64,000 nucleotides of DNA from Parachlamydiales bacterium (GCA_963705295.1 OY970065.1:1824001-1888000); one strand, 5' to 3'; shown: positions 9,073 to 19,056, counted from the stretch's first letter. Numbers and translations are program-made. The notes: generated from the letters alone by a model not told the origin.

Positions 9073-10246
9073 CCGCTTCTTTTTGTGCAAAAAGATAGAC
9101 GGCTCCCACCAAACATGCCCCCAATCCCATCCCAATGACAGGAAGAGGGCCTATTTGCGTACATAAGAGACTCGCCATAAAGGGGACTATAATTCCTCGC
9201 AGTCCAACTGTCAAAATATTTACTGTCGAATAAAGGCTGCTCTCCTGATTTCCAGCAAAAAGAGGTCCCGACAGATGCCAAATCAAATGACTCCCCGCTT
9301 GAGCAACGCCGTACAAGAAAAAAGCGACAAAGAACCAGTTGAGATGCCAGCTAGCCAATATCCAGCATAGGGCAGACGCTGCAAAAAGAAGGCATGCCAT
9401 CCCCGTCAACCTATAAATTCCTCCATACGACATCTTTTGTCTCCAAAAAGGAGTCGCGATCACAAACCCAAGCCCCATCCATACAAAGCGACTGAGCAAC
9501 ATATCGCCATGACTGACAGCGAGACCATCTGCAGAATACAGAACCAACGCCGGCATCATCAGCATCAGCCCAATGCCCCCCAACATAAATCCAAACTGGA
9601 ACCGTGCAAAATCAGGCCGCTCCCTCAAAAGATTTAAACTATCTTTCCACGGTGCAATCATGGGATGATGCTTTGATGGTGTCGATGCGAGCTTCGATTC
9701 TCCGACAGGAACCATGCCTTGAATAACCCATGAAAGAACTCCAATGACCGCTCCAAATCCCAGTATCGACTCCCATGAAACATGCGATGTCCAAAGAGCA
9801 AAACCAATGATGGCTCCTCCTAAAAAGTTCAGCGCCGAGCTCCAAGAGAAAAACGTCTCCCGTTTTCCTTCGGGGACATTCTGCTTCAATATCTCCATCT
9901 GAGCCGGCATCCCCCCTCTCTGAAAGAAATAAAAAACGGCCGCCCCCGCAATAAACACCCACACATTCTGTACAAACGGAAAAATCAAAAATGGCACCCG
10001 GGCCATCAACCACGATCCCATCCAATTCGCCCTCAGCCTACCCCGATTCCTCCACAGACTCGCCCCCCAATAAAACGAAAGCAGTGCCACCGCCGGCTTG
10101 ACCATATTGAACAGTCCAATCTGAAGCGGACTCGCCCCCAAATCTTTCCTCAATATAAACGGCAATATCGCAATAAACCCTGCTAACGGCTCATGGATCA
10201 ACCCGAGCAAAAAATAAGCGATCCTCGTCTTCCTGGACACATTCAT
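9050..10246 (-). CDS. MFS-type transporter
   Basis: About 12 hydrophobic segments in 398 aa with a central loop. Confidence 0.75.
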   Translation of the reverse strand: MNVSRKTRIAYFLLGLIHEPLAGFIAILPFILRKDLGASPLQIGLFNMVKPAVALLSFYWGASLWRNRGRLRANWMGSWLMARVPFLIFPFVQNVWVFIAGAAVFYFFQRGGMPAQMEILKQNVPEGKRETFFSWSSALNFLGGAIIGFALWTSHVSWESILGFGAVIGVLSWVIQGMVPVGESKLASTPSKHHPMIAPWKDSLNLLRERPDFARFQFGFMLGGIGLMLMMPALVLYSADGLAVSHGDMLLSRFVWMGLGFVIATPFWRQKMSYGGIYRLTGMACLLFAASALCWILASWHLNWFFVAFFLYGVAQAGSHLIWHLSGPLFAGNQESSLYSTVNILTVGLRGIIVPFMASLLCTQIGPLPVIGMGLGACLVGAVYLFAQKEADVAGRVV

Positions 10247-10277
10247 AAGAGGTCCATTATATCAGAATTTGTTTTAT

Positions 10278-10305
10278 TTGAGTTTTGAGGAAATTCAGGT
10301 ATAAT
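10278..10305 (+). promoter_or_regulatory. Putative sigma66/70 promoter giving a leaderless transcript
   Basis: TTGAGT-N16-TATAAT, then 6 nt to the ATG at 10312; no SD sequence. Confidence 0.45.
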
Positions 10306-10311
10306 GCTCCT

Positions 10312-11355
10312 ATGACAATACAATCTTTAAAACCTTTCGTTGCTTCTACAACTTTTTTTGAGAAAGCTGATCGTGTTACTAATTATTTGATTTTCCCAGC
10401 AGCCGTTTTAGGTCTTCATGCTCTGACTATACGTAAAACAAAAGACCGTTTAATAACTTACAGTGCATATTTTGCCATAACCTACGCTCTCCGAAAAATT
10501 TTTTCAGCTGCCATCGGTTACATGGTTTATCCAGCATGGCAGTACCCCGTGGACATGCTCTCAAGACTTGCTCATCACCATATCACGCAACTCAACGATT
10601 TTACAGTTCGAAATATTACCCTTTACAAGTCGGGTGTTCGCTATGCCGGTTTTGTGATTACAAAACCTGGGCTAGATCCAAAAAAATGGTCGATGCATGC
10701 GTTTGGAAATGCCATGGCGATGGAACATGCCATGTCGGAATATGCCAAGGAAAATGCAAACAATGGATGCAACACCCTTCTTCTCAATGGCCCGTCTGTT
10801 GGAAATAGTGGCGGTTTTCCGACGAGATATGCAATGGGGGCTGGCTTCGAGGCAGGAATGCAGTTTTTGGAAAAAGAAATGCAAGCAACCCATCTCATTT
10901 TCAATGGACTTTCTCTGGGCAGTGGAATGCTTTCAGAAGCAGTACTTTCCCACACATTCCAAACAAGAAAAGTTCGGTATTTGGCTATTTCCGATAGAAC
11001 CTTTGCCGATCTCGTGAAAATTGCGAAATTTTTTGTTCAGCGTGTCATAGGATCCCTGGGCAATCCTCTCTGTGACATCCTTTTTCACTTTAGCGGAACA
11101 AATTTAAGAGGGGTTGCCGCCGCACACAAATTAAGTCATTTAAGGATTCAGCAGATTGTTATCCAAAGTACTCTGAAAAATGACGGAGTCATACCCAAGG
11201 AGGCATCACTCCTCACCGCCTTGCGATCTACTTCACTGAGCCATTTTACACCCCTGGAATCTCCTGACATTCGTCATAATGATCCCCTTCCAAAGAATAT
11301 CCAAGAGCAATTGGACGGTGAAATCCGGGAGTTCCTTTCCCTACCTACCTTATGA
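10312..11355 (+). CDS. Alpha/beta-hydrolase-fold protein, chlamydial CHLPS 43-kDa-like family
   Basis: N-terminal hydrophobic segments, FGN, nucleophile elbow GLSLG, DRTF.DL, DGVI, C-terminal His. Confidence 0.55.
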   Translation: MTIQSLKPFVASTTFFEKADRVTNYLIFPAAVLGLHALTIRKTKDRLITYSAYFAITYALRKIFSAAIGYMVYPAWQYPVDMLSRLAHHHITQLNDFTVRNITLYKSGVRYAGFVITKPGLDPKKWSMHAFGNAMAMEHAMSEYAKENANNGCNTLLLNGPSVGNSGGFPTRYAMGAGFEAGMQFLEKEMQATHLIFNGLSLGSGMLSEAVLSHTFQTRKVRYLAISDRTFADLVKIAKFFVQRVIGSLGNPLCDILFHFSGTNLRGVAAAHKLSHLRIQQIVIQSTLKNDGVIPKEASLLTALRSTSLSHFTPLESPDIRHNDPLPKNIQEQLDGEIREFLSLPTL

Positions 11356-11357
11356 CA

Positions 11358-12209
11358 CTATTTCTCGAAGCGATCGAGGAAATAGGTCTTACCCTGTTCC
11401 AGTAATAGAGAGCCTACGCGCCGGAGTTTTTTATTTAAACGGAATGTTTTGAGCGGTTTTTTAAGTTCAAGAACGATTTCTCGTGTTTGGGCCGCGTGAA
11501 TGATAACACGCCGGAGGAGATGTTTAGACCACTCGAAATCAAGGGTGTCTCCTTCCTCTGTCTGGAGATGGATAAAGCGGCCGGCATGGAAGGTGCTCTC
11601 GGGAAGAAACGACCACTTAGAACCTTCTTGTTGGAAGAAAAGAGACCGAATTTTCCGGCTTCCTTCTCGGAGGAGCGCTAAAGGAGAAGTGAAAAGAATG
11701 GGTGAGAATCCCAGGTGATCTTTATCTTCAAGACGAGGAGATAAAATCCCTTCAAAGCCCGTTAAAAACAGCTGGTGAAAACACCGAATTTCCCCCTCCG
11801 TCGTTGTCTCAGGAACCATCTGTCCTAGCCGAAACCAGACAGGAAGGATTTCTCTAAGATCACCTCGACGACGAACGAGCTCCCAATCGAGTTTTTTGCT
11901 CATCCCGAGGGACAGTCTCTCTAAAGAAGTTGAAAAATCTGCCTCTTGATCGATTTTATGCTTCCGATACCCCTCCGCAGTGTGGCCATAAATCCAAACC
12001 ACTCCTTTTTCCAAATCGAGTTCAACGGTGAAGTTTGAAACAGGACCTTTCCAATCGAGTTTTTGTTCTCTTGTTTCGTGCGTGAGGAGATTTTCAAACT
12101 TTAAAACCGTCGGATAAGCGACAACCTTCCAAGAAGTCCAAGGAATCAAACAAGCCGTACCTGGCAAATGACAAAACGGGCGGAGTCGCTCAGCTATTTT
12201 GATTTTCAA
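11358..12209 (-). CDS. Conserved chlamydial hypothetical protein (CT865-like)
   Basis: RPF.H.PG..C.IP N-terminus, LSLG..K.LDW, FEWSK...RR, Y.LDRFEK C-terminus; position between glgB and mtaB matches recalled C. pneumoniae order. Confidence 0.65.
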   Translation of the reverse strand: MKIKIAERLRPFCHLPGTACLIPWTSWKVVAYPTVLKFENLLTHETREQKLDWKGPVSNFTVELDLEKGVVWIYGHTAEGYRKHKIDQEADFSTSLERLSLGMSKKLDWELVRRRGDLREILPVWFRLGQMVPETTTEGEIRCFHQLFLTGFEGILSPRLEDKDHLGFSPILFTSPLALLREGSRKIRSLFFQQEGSKWSFLPESTFHAGRFIHLQTEEGDTLDFEWSKHLLRRVIIHAAQTREIVLELKKPLKTFRLNKKLRRVGSLLLEQGKTYFLDRFEK

Positions 12210-13432
12210 GCAACCACTCTCCCGACAAGCCCTTCCGGCATATTTTTCAATGTCTCCACTTCAACCACCGTGTTTCTTGTTTCTTTGGAAAGACAATTAA
12301 CAGGGAGAAAATTTTCGGTATGACCAAACTCATCGGTCTCCATCAAAACCTTCACCCTTTTGCCGACGTACGCTTCTCTCATTTCAAAAGCGAGCTTTTC
12401 CGACTCGCGTAAAATCGCTTGCTTCCTCTCTTGGATTTCATCTTGAGAAACTCTCCCTGGAAATAATGCTGCCCTGGTTCTCAGACGAGGGCTATAAGGA
12501 AACATATGCACCTTCGCAAATCGAACGGTCCGCATCACTTCTAAGGTTTCTCCAAAATCGGTGCTGGTTTCTCCCGGAAATCCGACAATAATATCGGTTG
12601 TGAAGGTGAAATCAGGTGCCGCTTTCTTGAGCCGCTCAACGGTTTCTAAGAAAATCTGCTTCGTATACTTTCGATTCATCCGTTTCAATGTCACATTCGA
12701 ACCGGCTTGTAGAACGATATGGAGCGAATGGCATGTCTTTTTGCCCGACAAAATCGCATCCATGAGTTTGTCATCGACTTCATCCGGATCGATTGATGAA
12801 AGACGGATCCTTTCTAACCCCTCGATCTGGTCGACCGCCTGCACTAAATCAGCAAGTTTCTGCCCTTGATCTTCATAATCACCAATGTTGATTCCAGTCA
12901 GAACCACTTCCTTATATCCATTTTCAACAAGACCTTGCACTTCCTTCAGAATATCGTCTACAGATCGAGAACGAGATCGCCCCCGCACATAAGGAATAAT
13001 ACAATACGTGCAAAACGAATTGCATCCGTCTTGGACCTTGACGAAAGCTCTCGTGTGCGCTGAAAAATGATCGATCTTAAATTCCGGAAGTTCTTCTTCT
13101 GGAAAAACAACCGAGAGTAACTCTTCTTTCTTCTTATTGGAGACAACGTGCGTCACGCCTTCAATCGCCTGAATTTCCTCCGGCAGTCTTTCTGCCAAAC
13201 AACCGGTCACAATAATCGACGCTTCGGGATTTTTCCGATGCAGCTGCCGAATCTGCTGCCGGCTGTGACTGTCGGCCGATTCAGTGACCGTGCACGTGTT
13301 GACGATGCAAAGATCAGCCTCTTCCCCTTCTAAAACTTCCCGGTATCCGAGTCGTCTCAGCTGCGAGGCGTAGGCTTCCGATTCGTATTGGTTGGTGCGA
13401 CACCCTAATGTTGCAATTTTAAATTTTTTCAT
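12206..13432 (-). CDS. mtaB: tRNA t6A37 methylthiotransferase
   Basis: TLGCRTNQYES, NTCTVT, radical-SAM KVQDGCNSFCTYC, RGRSRSR, HMFPYSPR. Confidence 0.95.
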   Translation of the reverse strand: MKKFKIATLGCRTNQYESEAYASQLRRLGYREVLEGEEADLCIVNTCTVTESADSHSRQQIRQLHRKNPEASIIVTGCLAERLPEEIQAIEGVTHVVSNKKKEELLSVVFPEEELPEFKIDHFSAHTRAFVKVQDGCNSFCTYCIIPYVRGRSRSRSVDDILKEVQGLVENGYKEVVLTGINIGDYEDQGQKLADLVQAVDQIEGLERIRLSSIDPDEVDDKLMDAILSGKKTCHSLHIVLQAGSNVTLKRMNRKYTKQIFLETVERLKKAAPDFTFTTDIIVGFPGETSTDFGETLEVMRTVRFAKVHMFPYSPRLRTRAALFPGRVSQDEIQERKQAILRESEKLAFEMREAYVGKRVKVLMETDEFGHTENFLPVNCLSKETRNTVVEVETLKNMPEGLVGRVVA

Positions 13433-13815
13433 ATTAATAAAAGGGCCAAGTCATCCATCGTATCGGGATTTCGGACCAAATCTACAGAAAGATTACTTCC
13501 CAAACGCCTGGCAAAAATAGCGGCAATAAAAGAAGTTGCATTTAAGGCGATCGCAACCATCGGATCAAACGGTTTTTCGAGTGCAGCCATCACCAAAAGT
13601 CCACTCGCAATTCCAATGATCCTCGAGATCAACAGCGGGGCCAAAATTTCTTGATGCTCCTGTGCATCTTTATTCACTCGGGTTAAATATAAACCAACCA
13701 GTCCACTGATGGCTATATCCGTTCCGTTGTAAATTAAAGCATTCTTCTCAGGGATATTTCTAGAATAAGAAATTAATGCTCTTGAACAAACTGAAGCTAC
13801 GATTCCAATTGCCAT
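13429..13815 (-). CDS. Hypothetical small membrane protein
   Basis: 128 aa with several hydrophobic segments; TATAAT 6 nt upstream of the ATG; overlaps the mtaB start. Confidence 0.55.
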   Translation of the reverse strand: MAIGIVASVCSRALISYSRNIPEKNALIYNGTDIAISGLVGLYLTRVNKDAQEHQEILAPLLISRIIGIASGLLVMAALEKPFDPMVAIALNATSFIAAIFARRLGSNLSVDLVRNPDTMDDLALLLI

Positions 13816-13883
13816 GGGATAATTATACCCGTAATAAAGATAAATCTATAGACAAAATATTTCGTTGTCACTATGCATGGGAT

Positions 13884-14465
13884 ATGTCCATTTTTAGTGT
13901 GACAACGTCTCTTTTCTTTGTCCTCAACTCACTCGGAAATGTACCCTTTTTTGTGGGACTCCTCAGTAGCTATCCTCTTAAAAAACAAAAAAAAATTATC
14001 ACCCGAGAGATGCTTATTGCCCTGCTGATTCTGATCATCTTTAATTTTTTTGGAAATCAGATCCTCCATATCCTCGGGATTGATCAGTGCGTCGTCGGAA
14101 TTGCTGGTGGAACCCTTCTATTTATTATTTCTCTCAGCATGATCTTCCCTAAAAAAAACCATCTTAAAGTTCCCAACCGAGAACCGTTTATCTTCCCTCT
14201 AGCCATCCCCGCTATTGCAGGACCAGGTGCGATCACAGCTGTGATGATCTACTCTCAACAAATGCACCCGTTTCATATGCTCATCCCTATCATCCTTGCC
14301 TGGGCAGCCTCCGCCTTTGTCCTCCTCGCCTCTTCCAACATCAAGTTATTTTTAGGCCAAAAGGGGCTCGTTGCCTGCGAAAGACTCGGTGGAATGGTCA
14401 TCTCCTTGATCGCCGTGCAGATGTTTACAACCGGTGTCGTCGGCCTTGTCCAAAACAAATTTTAA
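13884..14465 (+). CDS. MarC family membrane protein
   Basis: LFFVLNSLGNVPFF, IAGG.LLF, PLAIPAIAGPG, G....ERLGG. Confidence 0.9.
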   Translation: MSIFSVTTSLFFVLNSLGNVPFFVGLLSSYPLKKQKKIITREMLIALLILIIFNFFGNQILHILGIDQCVVGIAGGTLLFIISLSMIFPKKNHLKVPNREPFIFPLAIPAIAGPGAITAVMIYSQQMHPFHMLIPIILAWAASAFVLLASSNIKLFLGQKGLVACERLGGMVISLIAVQMFTTGVVGLVQNKF

Positions 14466-15183
14466 ATTAACTTTCCTCGGAACGCGCGGGGAAATCAAAC
14501 CCAAAACTTCCCGTCATCGGATGCACACCTCATTGATGATTTCCCACATGAGAACCAAAATCATGATCGATTGCGGAACATCCTGGCTTGGCAGGCTCGG
14601 TAAAATTAAAGCTGATCATATCATCCTCACCCATGCCCATCCCGACCATGCTTTCGGCCTCAAAAATGGAGCTCCCTGCCCCGTTTGGGCCACACAAGCG
14701 ACCTTCGACTACATTCAAAAATTTCCCATCAAACAAAAACATCTCATCCAGCCTCGTAAAAAAATCCGCATCGCCGGTGTCACGTTCGAGCCGTTTCCCG
14801 TTCTCCATTCGATCCGGTGCCCTGCCGTCGGCTACCGCATCACCTGCAAAAAAATAAAATTTTTCTATGTACCCGATGTCGCTTATATTCCCGACATCGA
14901 CGAGGCGTTCCAGAGCATCCAATTTTACATTGGTGACGGAGCAACACCCTGGCGCCCCATGATCCGTAAAAACAAACAAACCGGTGAAATCTTCGGCCAT
15001 GCTACAATCCGGCAACAACTCACCTGGTGCCATAAACAACATGTCCCCAAAATGATCATCACCCACTGCGGCTCTGAGATTGTCTCCAAAGAAAAACTCG
15101 TGCTCCCCCGCATTCAAGAATTTGCAAAACAAAGAGGCGTCGAAGTTGTTCTCGCTTATGATGGTCTGGAGCTTTCTCTATGA
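14434..15183 (+). CDS. Metallo-beta-lactamase-fold hydrolase (start uncertain)
   Basis: FLGTRG, IDCG, THAHPDH, VLHS, YVPD, GH, ITH, AYDG. Confidence 0.85.
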   Translation: MSSALSKTNFKLTFLGTRGEIKPKTSRHRMHTSLMISHMRTKIMIDCGTSWLGRLGKIKADHIILTHAHPDHAFGLKNGAPCPVWATQATFDYIQKFPIKQKHLIQPRKKIRIAGVTFEPFPVLHSIRCPAVGYRITCKKIKFFYVPDVAYIPDIDEAFQSIQFYIGDGATPWRPMIRKNKQTGEIFGHATIRQQLTWCHKQHVPKMIITHCGSEIVSKEKLVLPRIQEFAKQRGVEVVLAYDGLELSL

Positions 15184-15959
15184 AAGAATATTTATGGACA
15201 TCCGCTGGTGGTAGACTTCAATATCAAAGCGCGCAGGGTACAAGCGCGGTGAACTGGTTATTTCTTCCAGGTGGACCAGGACTGGGCTCCGAAGCTCTCG
15301 CAGATCTGACCGGGCTTCTCAAAGATAAAATCCCCGGGGTTATCTGGCATTTCGATCTACCCAATGACGGCTCAAATCTTTTAAAAGATAAATCACTATC
15401 CAACTGGCGCGCTGCTATTACCCAAGCCGTTACAGCTTTTGAGAAAGTCGTCTTGGTTGCACACTCCACTCCAGGCATGTACGTCCAAACCATGCCTCAA
15501 CTTGAAAACCTATTACATGGCCTTGTCCTCATCGGTTCTGCACCCGATGCTTCATGGCAAAAATCACTCCCTAAAGAAATCATCGAACCAAAAAATGATG
15601 ATGAACTGAGGAAATTGTTAATTGCCTCAGCACACCAGTGCTTTGTCACAGACAAATCTCTAGAACAGGGAAAAGAATTATTTAAAAGAATTCCTGTCAA
15701 TAACAGAGCGCATGAACTCTCCTCAAAAATTTTTGACGTAGAAAATTATAAGGCGACATTCATCCCAAAACATCTGAAGACCCTGATTATAACCGGTTCG
15801 AGCGATCACATCACTCCTTCTGCCCTGTTCAAAAACAATCCGCTCTATCAAAGAGAGAATATTTTAATCAGAGAAATCCCTCAAGCTGGCCACTATCCGT
15901 GGTTTGAAAATCCCAAAGAAGTCGCTCACGCATTTCAAGATTTTTCTAGAAAAACCTGA
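15180..15959 (+). CDS. Alpha/beta hydrolase
   Basis: FLPGGPG oxyanion loop, VAHS.PG elbow, GSSDHITP, AGHYPWFENP. Confidence 0.85.
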   Translation: MKEYLWTSAGGRLQYQSAQGTSAVNWLFLPGGPGLGSEALADLTGLLKDKIPGVIWHFDLPNDGSNLLKDKSLSNWRAAITQAVTAFEKVVLVAHSTPGMYVQTMPQLENLLHGLVLIGSAPDASWQKSLPKEIIEPKNDDELRKLLIASAHQCFVTDKSLEQGKELFKRIPVNNRAHELSSKIFDVENYKATFIPKHLKTLIITGSSDHITPSALFKNNPLYQRENILIREIPQAGHYPWFENPKEVAHAFQDFSRKT

Positions 15960-15963
15960 AAAG

Positions 15964-16077
15964 ATACGGCCAAATTTGGCCGTATTCCCCCCAATACGGC
16001 CAAAAAGCTTGAAATTTGGCCGTATTTACCCTAAAATTGGCCGTATATGGACTTTAGAGACAAAAAAATGGCCGTAT
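15964..16077. promoter_or_regulatory. Six TGGCCGTAT boxes upstream of and overlapping the Fic gene start (putative operator array)
   Basis: ATACGGCCA at 15964 and 15994; TGGCCGTAT at 15977, 16017, 16038, 16069; perfect 22-bp palindrome at 15964-15985. Confidence 0.65.
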
Positions 16078-17411
16078 TACACCGGTTAAGCCAAGAGTCA
16101 GAAACAATCAGTTTATTGGAGCTCCTTAAAAAATTGGGCGAGGAGTTCGCTGAACGGAGTGTTAGACGTTGGTTGATGGAGATGATCAAAGAAGGTTTAG
16201 TTGAAAAAATAGGAAGCAAAAGAGCCACAAAATACAGAGCTACGACACGTGCCCAATCCCGTCGAATTGACACAAGGAGTTGTTTTAGCTCAGATAGTCT
16301 AAAAGTGCTGATCCAAGTGCGAAAACCGCTTTTTGAGAGGAATCCTTCCGACTACTCCGAAGAATGGTTCGATTCTTACAAACCGAATGCAACGTTCTAT
16401 ATTCCCCTAAGTTTTAGGACACAACTTCATCAAGCGGGTAAAAGATCTAAACAACACGACCCTGCTGGCACCTATGCTCATCAAATTTTTGATCGTTTAC
16501 TCATAGACCTTTCCTATAATTCCTCAAGGTTAGAAGGAAATTCATATTCTCTTTTAGATACCCAACGTTTAATTCTTGAAGGTAAAGGAGCCGAAGGAAA
16601 ACTCTACGAAGATAAAGTGATGATTCTAAATCACAAAGAAGCCATCCATTATTTAGTCGATAATGCGCCGCGCTTAAAAATAAGCACGAGGACAATCTAT
16701 ACTCTTCATTACCTTCTCTCAGATGGTTTAGTAGAAGCCGAGCATTCTGGAAAAGTTAGAGATCATACGATTCGTATTGGAGGCTCAACCTACATTCCTT
16801 TCGAAGATCCAAAACGGCTCCGTTTCCAACTGGAGCGGATAACAGAAAAAGCCTCCCTCATAAACGATCCTTATGAACAGAGTCTTTTTTTACTTGTTCA
16901 TATCAGCTATTTACAAGCTTTTTCTGACGTCAACAAAAGAACAGCGCGCTTAAGTGCAAATCTACCTCTTATTACACATAATTTTGTTCCTCTTTCCTTC
17001 AATGATGTCGAAAGGAATGATTATATTTCTGCGATCATTGCGATTTATGAATTACAAAATGTGCAGCCCTTAGTAGATCTTTATATCTATTCTTACATGC
17101 GGACTTGCGCTATGTACGATTCAACTATAAAAGCCATAGGCTTTGATGAAGTGCGGGTCCGTTACAGGCAAGAGCGCCGTGCGATTATCCGTAATATTAT
17201 TCTTCATCAACTCACCGATGACGGTATGAAAGATTACATCGATTCTCAAACAAAAAAATTAATTCCTGAAAATGACCGAGAAGCTTTTATTGCGGATATT
17301 ATGGAAGATCTTCACATGATGAATGGTAATCGCATTGCAGGACTCGGAATTACTTTAGATCAACTGGCTGATTGGTCAAAAAAAACCGGATTCGCGGAGC
17401 GAGAGGAATGA
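16047..17411 (+). CDS. Fic-family protein with an N-terminal winged-HTH domain
   Basis: N-terminal wHTH (SVRRWL..MIKEGLVEKIG....TKY), SSRLEGN, ILNHK, Fic-like motif YLQAFSDVNKRTARL. Confidence 0.9.
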   Translation: MDFRDKKMAVLHRLSQESETISLLELLKKLGEEFAERSVRRWLMEMIKEGLVEKIGSKRATKYRATTRAQSRRIDTRSCFSSDSLKVLIQVRKPLFERNPSDYSEEWFDSYKPNATFYIPLSFRTQLHQAGKRSKQHDPAGTYAHQIFDRLLIDLSYNSSRLEGNSYSLLDTQRLILEGKGAEGKLYEDKVMILNHKEAIHYLVDNAPRLKISTRTIYTLHYLLSDGLVEAEHSGKVRDHTIRIGGSTYIPFEDPKRLRFQLERITEKASLINDPYEQSLFLLVHISYLQAFSDVNKRTARLSANLPLITHNFVPLSFNDVERNDYISAIIAIYELQNVQPLVDLYIYSYMRTCAMYDSTIKAIGFDEVRVRYRQERRAIIRNIILHQLTDDGMKDYIDSQTKKLIPENDREAFIADIMEDLHMMNGNRIAGLGITLDQLADWSKKTGFAEREE

Positions 17412-17421
17412 GATGGTCATC
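17375..17421. repeat. Left copy of the duplicated radC 3' end (att-like direct repeat)
   Basis: 30 bp at 17375-17404 are identical to 23472-23501, and 14 bp at 17408-17421 are identical to 23522-23535. Confidence 0.9.
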
Positions 17422-17436
17422 CATATTGCCAATACA

Positions 17437-18372
17437 TCATGTAAAAAAAAGAGGGGCTGTAAAAATCAAACTATCGATCCGATCGAGCAATCCTCCGTGA
17501 CCGGGCAAAAGTGTCCCAAAGTCTTTGACTTTGACATCACGCTTTAGGGCTGACATCGTAATGTCACCCAGAAATCCGGCAATGCTTAGGATAACTCCTA
17601 CGAAAGCAGCTAAAGTAGAACCCATAGGTGTCAAAAAAGGTGCAATGAGTATCGAGAAAATAACCGTCGTAACGATTCCTCCTAAAAGTCCTTCGTAGGT
17701 TTTTTTTGGACTAATACTCGGCACAATCTTATGTCTCCCAAAAAGCTTACCCCACATGTATTGGGATGCATCGTTGATTTCCGTAATAAAAAGCAAAAAC
17801 AACATCAGACCTAAAGGTCCTGCTTTGAATCCTATCTGAGAAGAAAAGACAGGTAGATAAGCAACATAGCTCAAGCTATACCCAGCCATCATAATTCCCC
17901 AGTACATGCTCCCCATAGCTTGGAGAAAACCCTCCGTCGTGCCCACGATGATCATCCGAATGGGAATGAGCAGATAAACATATACCGGAATAAAGATCAG
18001 AAAAAGAGTATAACATTCCATCAAAATAAAACCGTATTGGATCGGAATAGATAAATAGAGCCATAATCTGACACGTTGATCTTCTAGACGTTTAGGAATG
18101 ACAAAAAGATATTCCCGAAGGGCAAAGAGGCTAATGAACATCCAAAGTAAAATTAAGCACCAGGGACGGGTCAGAAAAACGATTCCAAAGACACCTACAA
18201 TATACCACCAGGCCAGGATACGTTCTTTAAGATCGGCAAATCTACCTTCTGAATTTTGTTTTATCCAAATAAAAATCTGAAAAAGTCCTAGCAAGGCAAC
18301 AATGAAAAACAATGCCCATAAAATGGGTGGTGTGAGTAATGGAAACCATTCAAAAAATAAATTATTTTCCAT
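17437..18372 (-). CDS. Phosphatidate cytidylyltransferase, YnbB/CdsA-like; C-terminus probably shortened by a 1-bp loss in a T tract
   Basis: ND.SQY.WGKLFGRHKI.P.ISPKKT.EG, GD...SALKRD..VKD.G.LLPGHGG.LDRIDS. Confidence 0.9.
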   Translation of the reverse strand: MENNLFFEWFPLLTPPILWALFFIVALLGLFQIFIWIKQNSEGRFADLKERILAWWYIVGVFGIVFLTRPWCLILLWMFISLFALREYLFVIPKRLEDQRVRLWLYLSIPIQYGFILMECYTLFLIFIPVYVYLLIPIRMIIVGTTEGFLQAMGSMYWGIMMAGYSLSYVAYLPVFSSQIGFKAGPLGLMLFLLFITEINDASQYMWGKLFGRHKIVPSISPKKTYEGLLGGIVTTVIFSILIAPFLTPMGSTLAAFVGVILSIAGFLGDITMSALKRDVKVKDFGTLLPGHGGLLDRIDSLIFTAPLFFT

Positions 18373-18447
18373 TTAAGATAAAGACTATACCTCAATTTTG
18401 TTATCTGGGGTGCTTTTTTTTACCAATTCCTCTATAATCCCCTATCT

Positions 18448-19056
18448 ATGGACATTGGATTATACAATTTAAAATATCCCTTTAGGAAAATGATCGGTTT
18501 TTTACTCCCCTTTTTTAGAAATACCCATCCTAATTGGGTTAGTTTATCTCTCATTCCCATTGGGTTATTCACAGCTTTTATTTATTTCTTTGCTCCTCAG
18601 GCACCCATTCTCTATACCATAGGAGCCTTGATGATTCTTTTTCGAATGGTGGTTGGAACTTTAGATGGCCTTATCGCTGTTAAATTCGAAAAGAGCACAC
18701 CGAGTGGCGAAATCATTAACCGGATCGCCCCAGAAATCTGCGATATCTTTTTGATGATCGCCCTCAGCTATTCAGCGCCGGCCTATACTTACCTGGGTAT
18801 CTCGGCGATGGGAATGTGCTGGGCAGTGACATTTTTTGGGCTCGTTGGGATTGTAGCTGGAAGGAAAATTCAAAGCGTTGGTCCAGTAGGACAGACCGAT
18901 CGGATTGCAGCATTGAGTTTATGCTCCGTCCTCCAATATTTTAGTTCTACTTATCATTGGGGTTTTGATTTTATCTATCTCTTTTTGTGGTGGGTTATTG
19001 TGGGCAGCCTCATCACAGTAGGACTCCGGATTTGGCGCACCTTTCGAATTTTATGA
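18448..19056 (+). CDS. CDP-alcohol phosphatidyltransferase, YnbA-like
   Basis: LY.LK..FR, HPN.VS, R....LDG.IA......TP.GE.IN......CD, GP.GQTDR. Confidence 0.85.
   Translation: MDIGLYNLKYPFRKMIGFLLPFFRNTHPNWVSLSLIPIGLFTAFIYFFAPQAPILYTIGALMILFRMVVGTLDGLIAVKFEKSTPSGEIINRIAPEICDIFLMIALSYSAPAYTYLGISAMGMCWAVTFFGLVGIVAGRKIQSVGPVGQTDRIAALSLCSVLQYFSSTYHWGFDFIYLFLWWVIVGSLITVGLRIWRTFRIL

Noticed and set aside
14530..15132. 200-aa antisense ORF
   Set aside because: Shadow of the MBL-fold gene; no motifs.
15964..16077. CRISPR-like or iteron-like array
   Set aside because: Units are 9 bp, in mixed orientation and irregularly spaced, with no cas or rep gene; treated as operator boxes.
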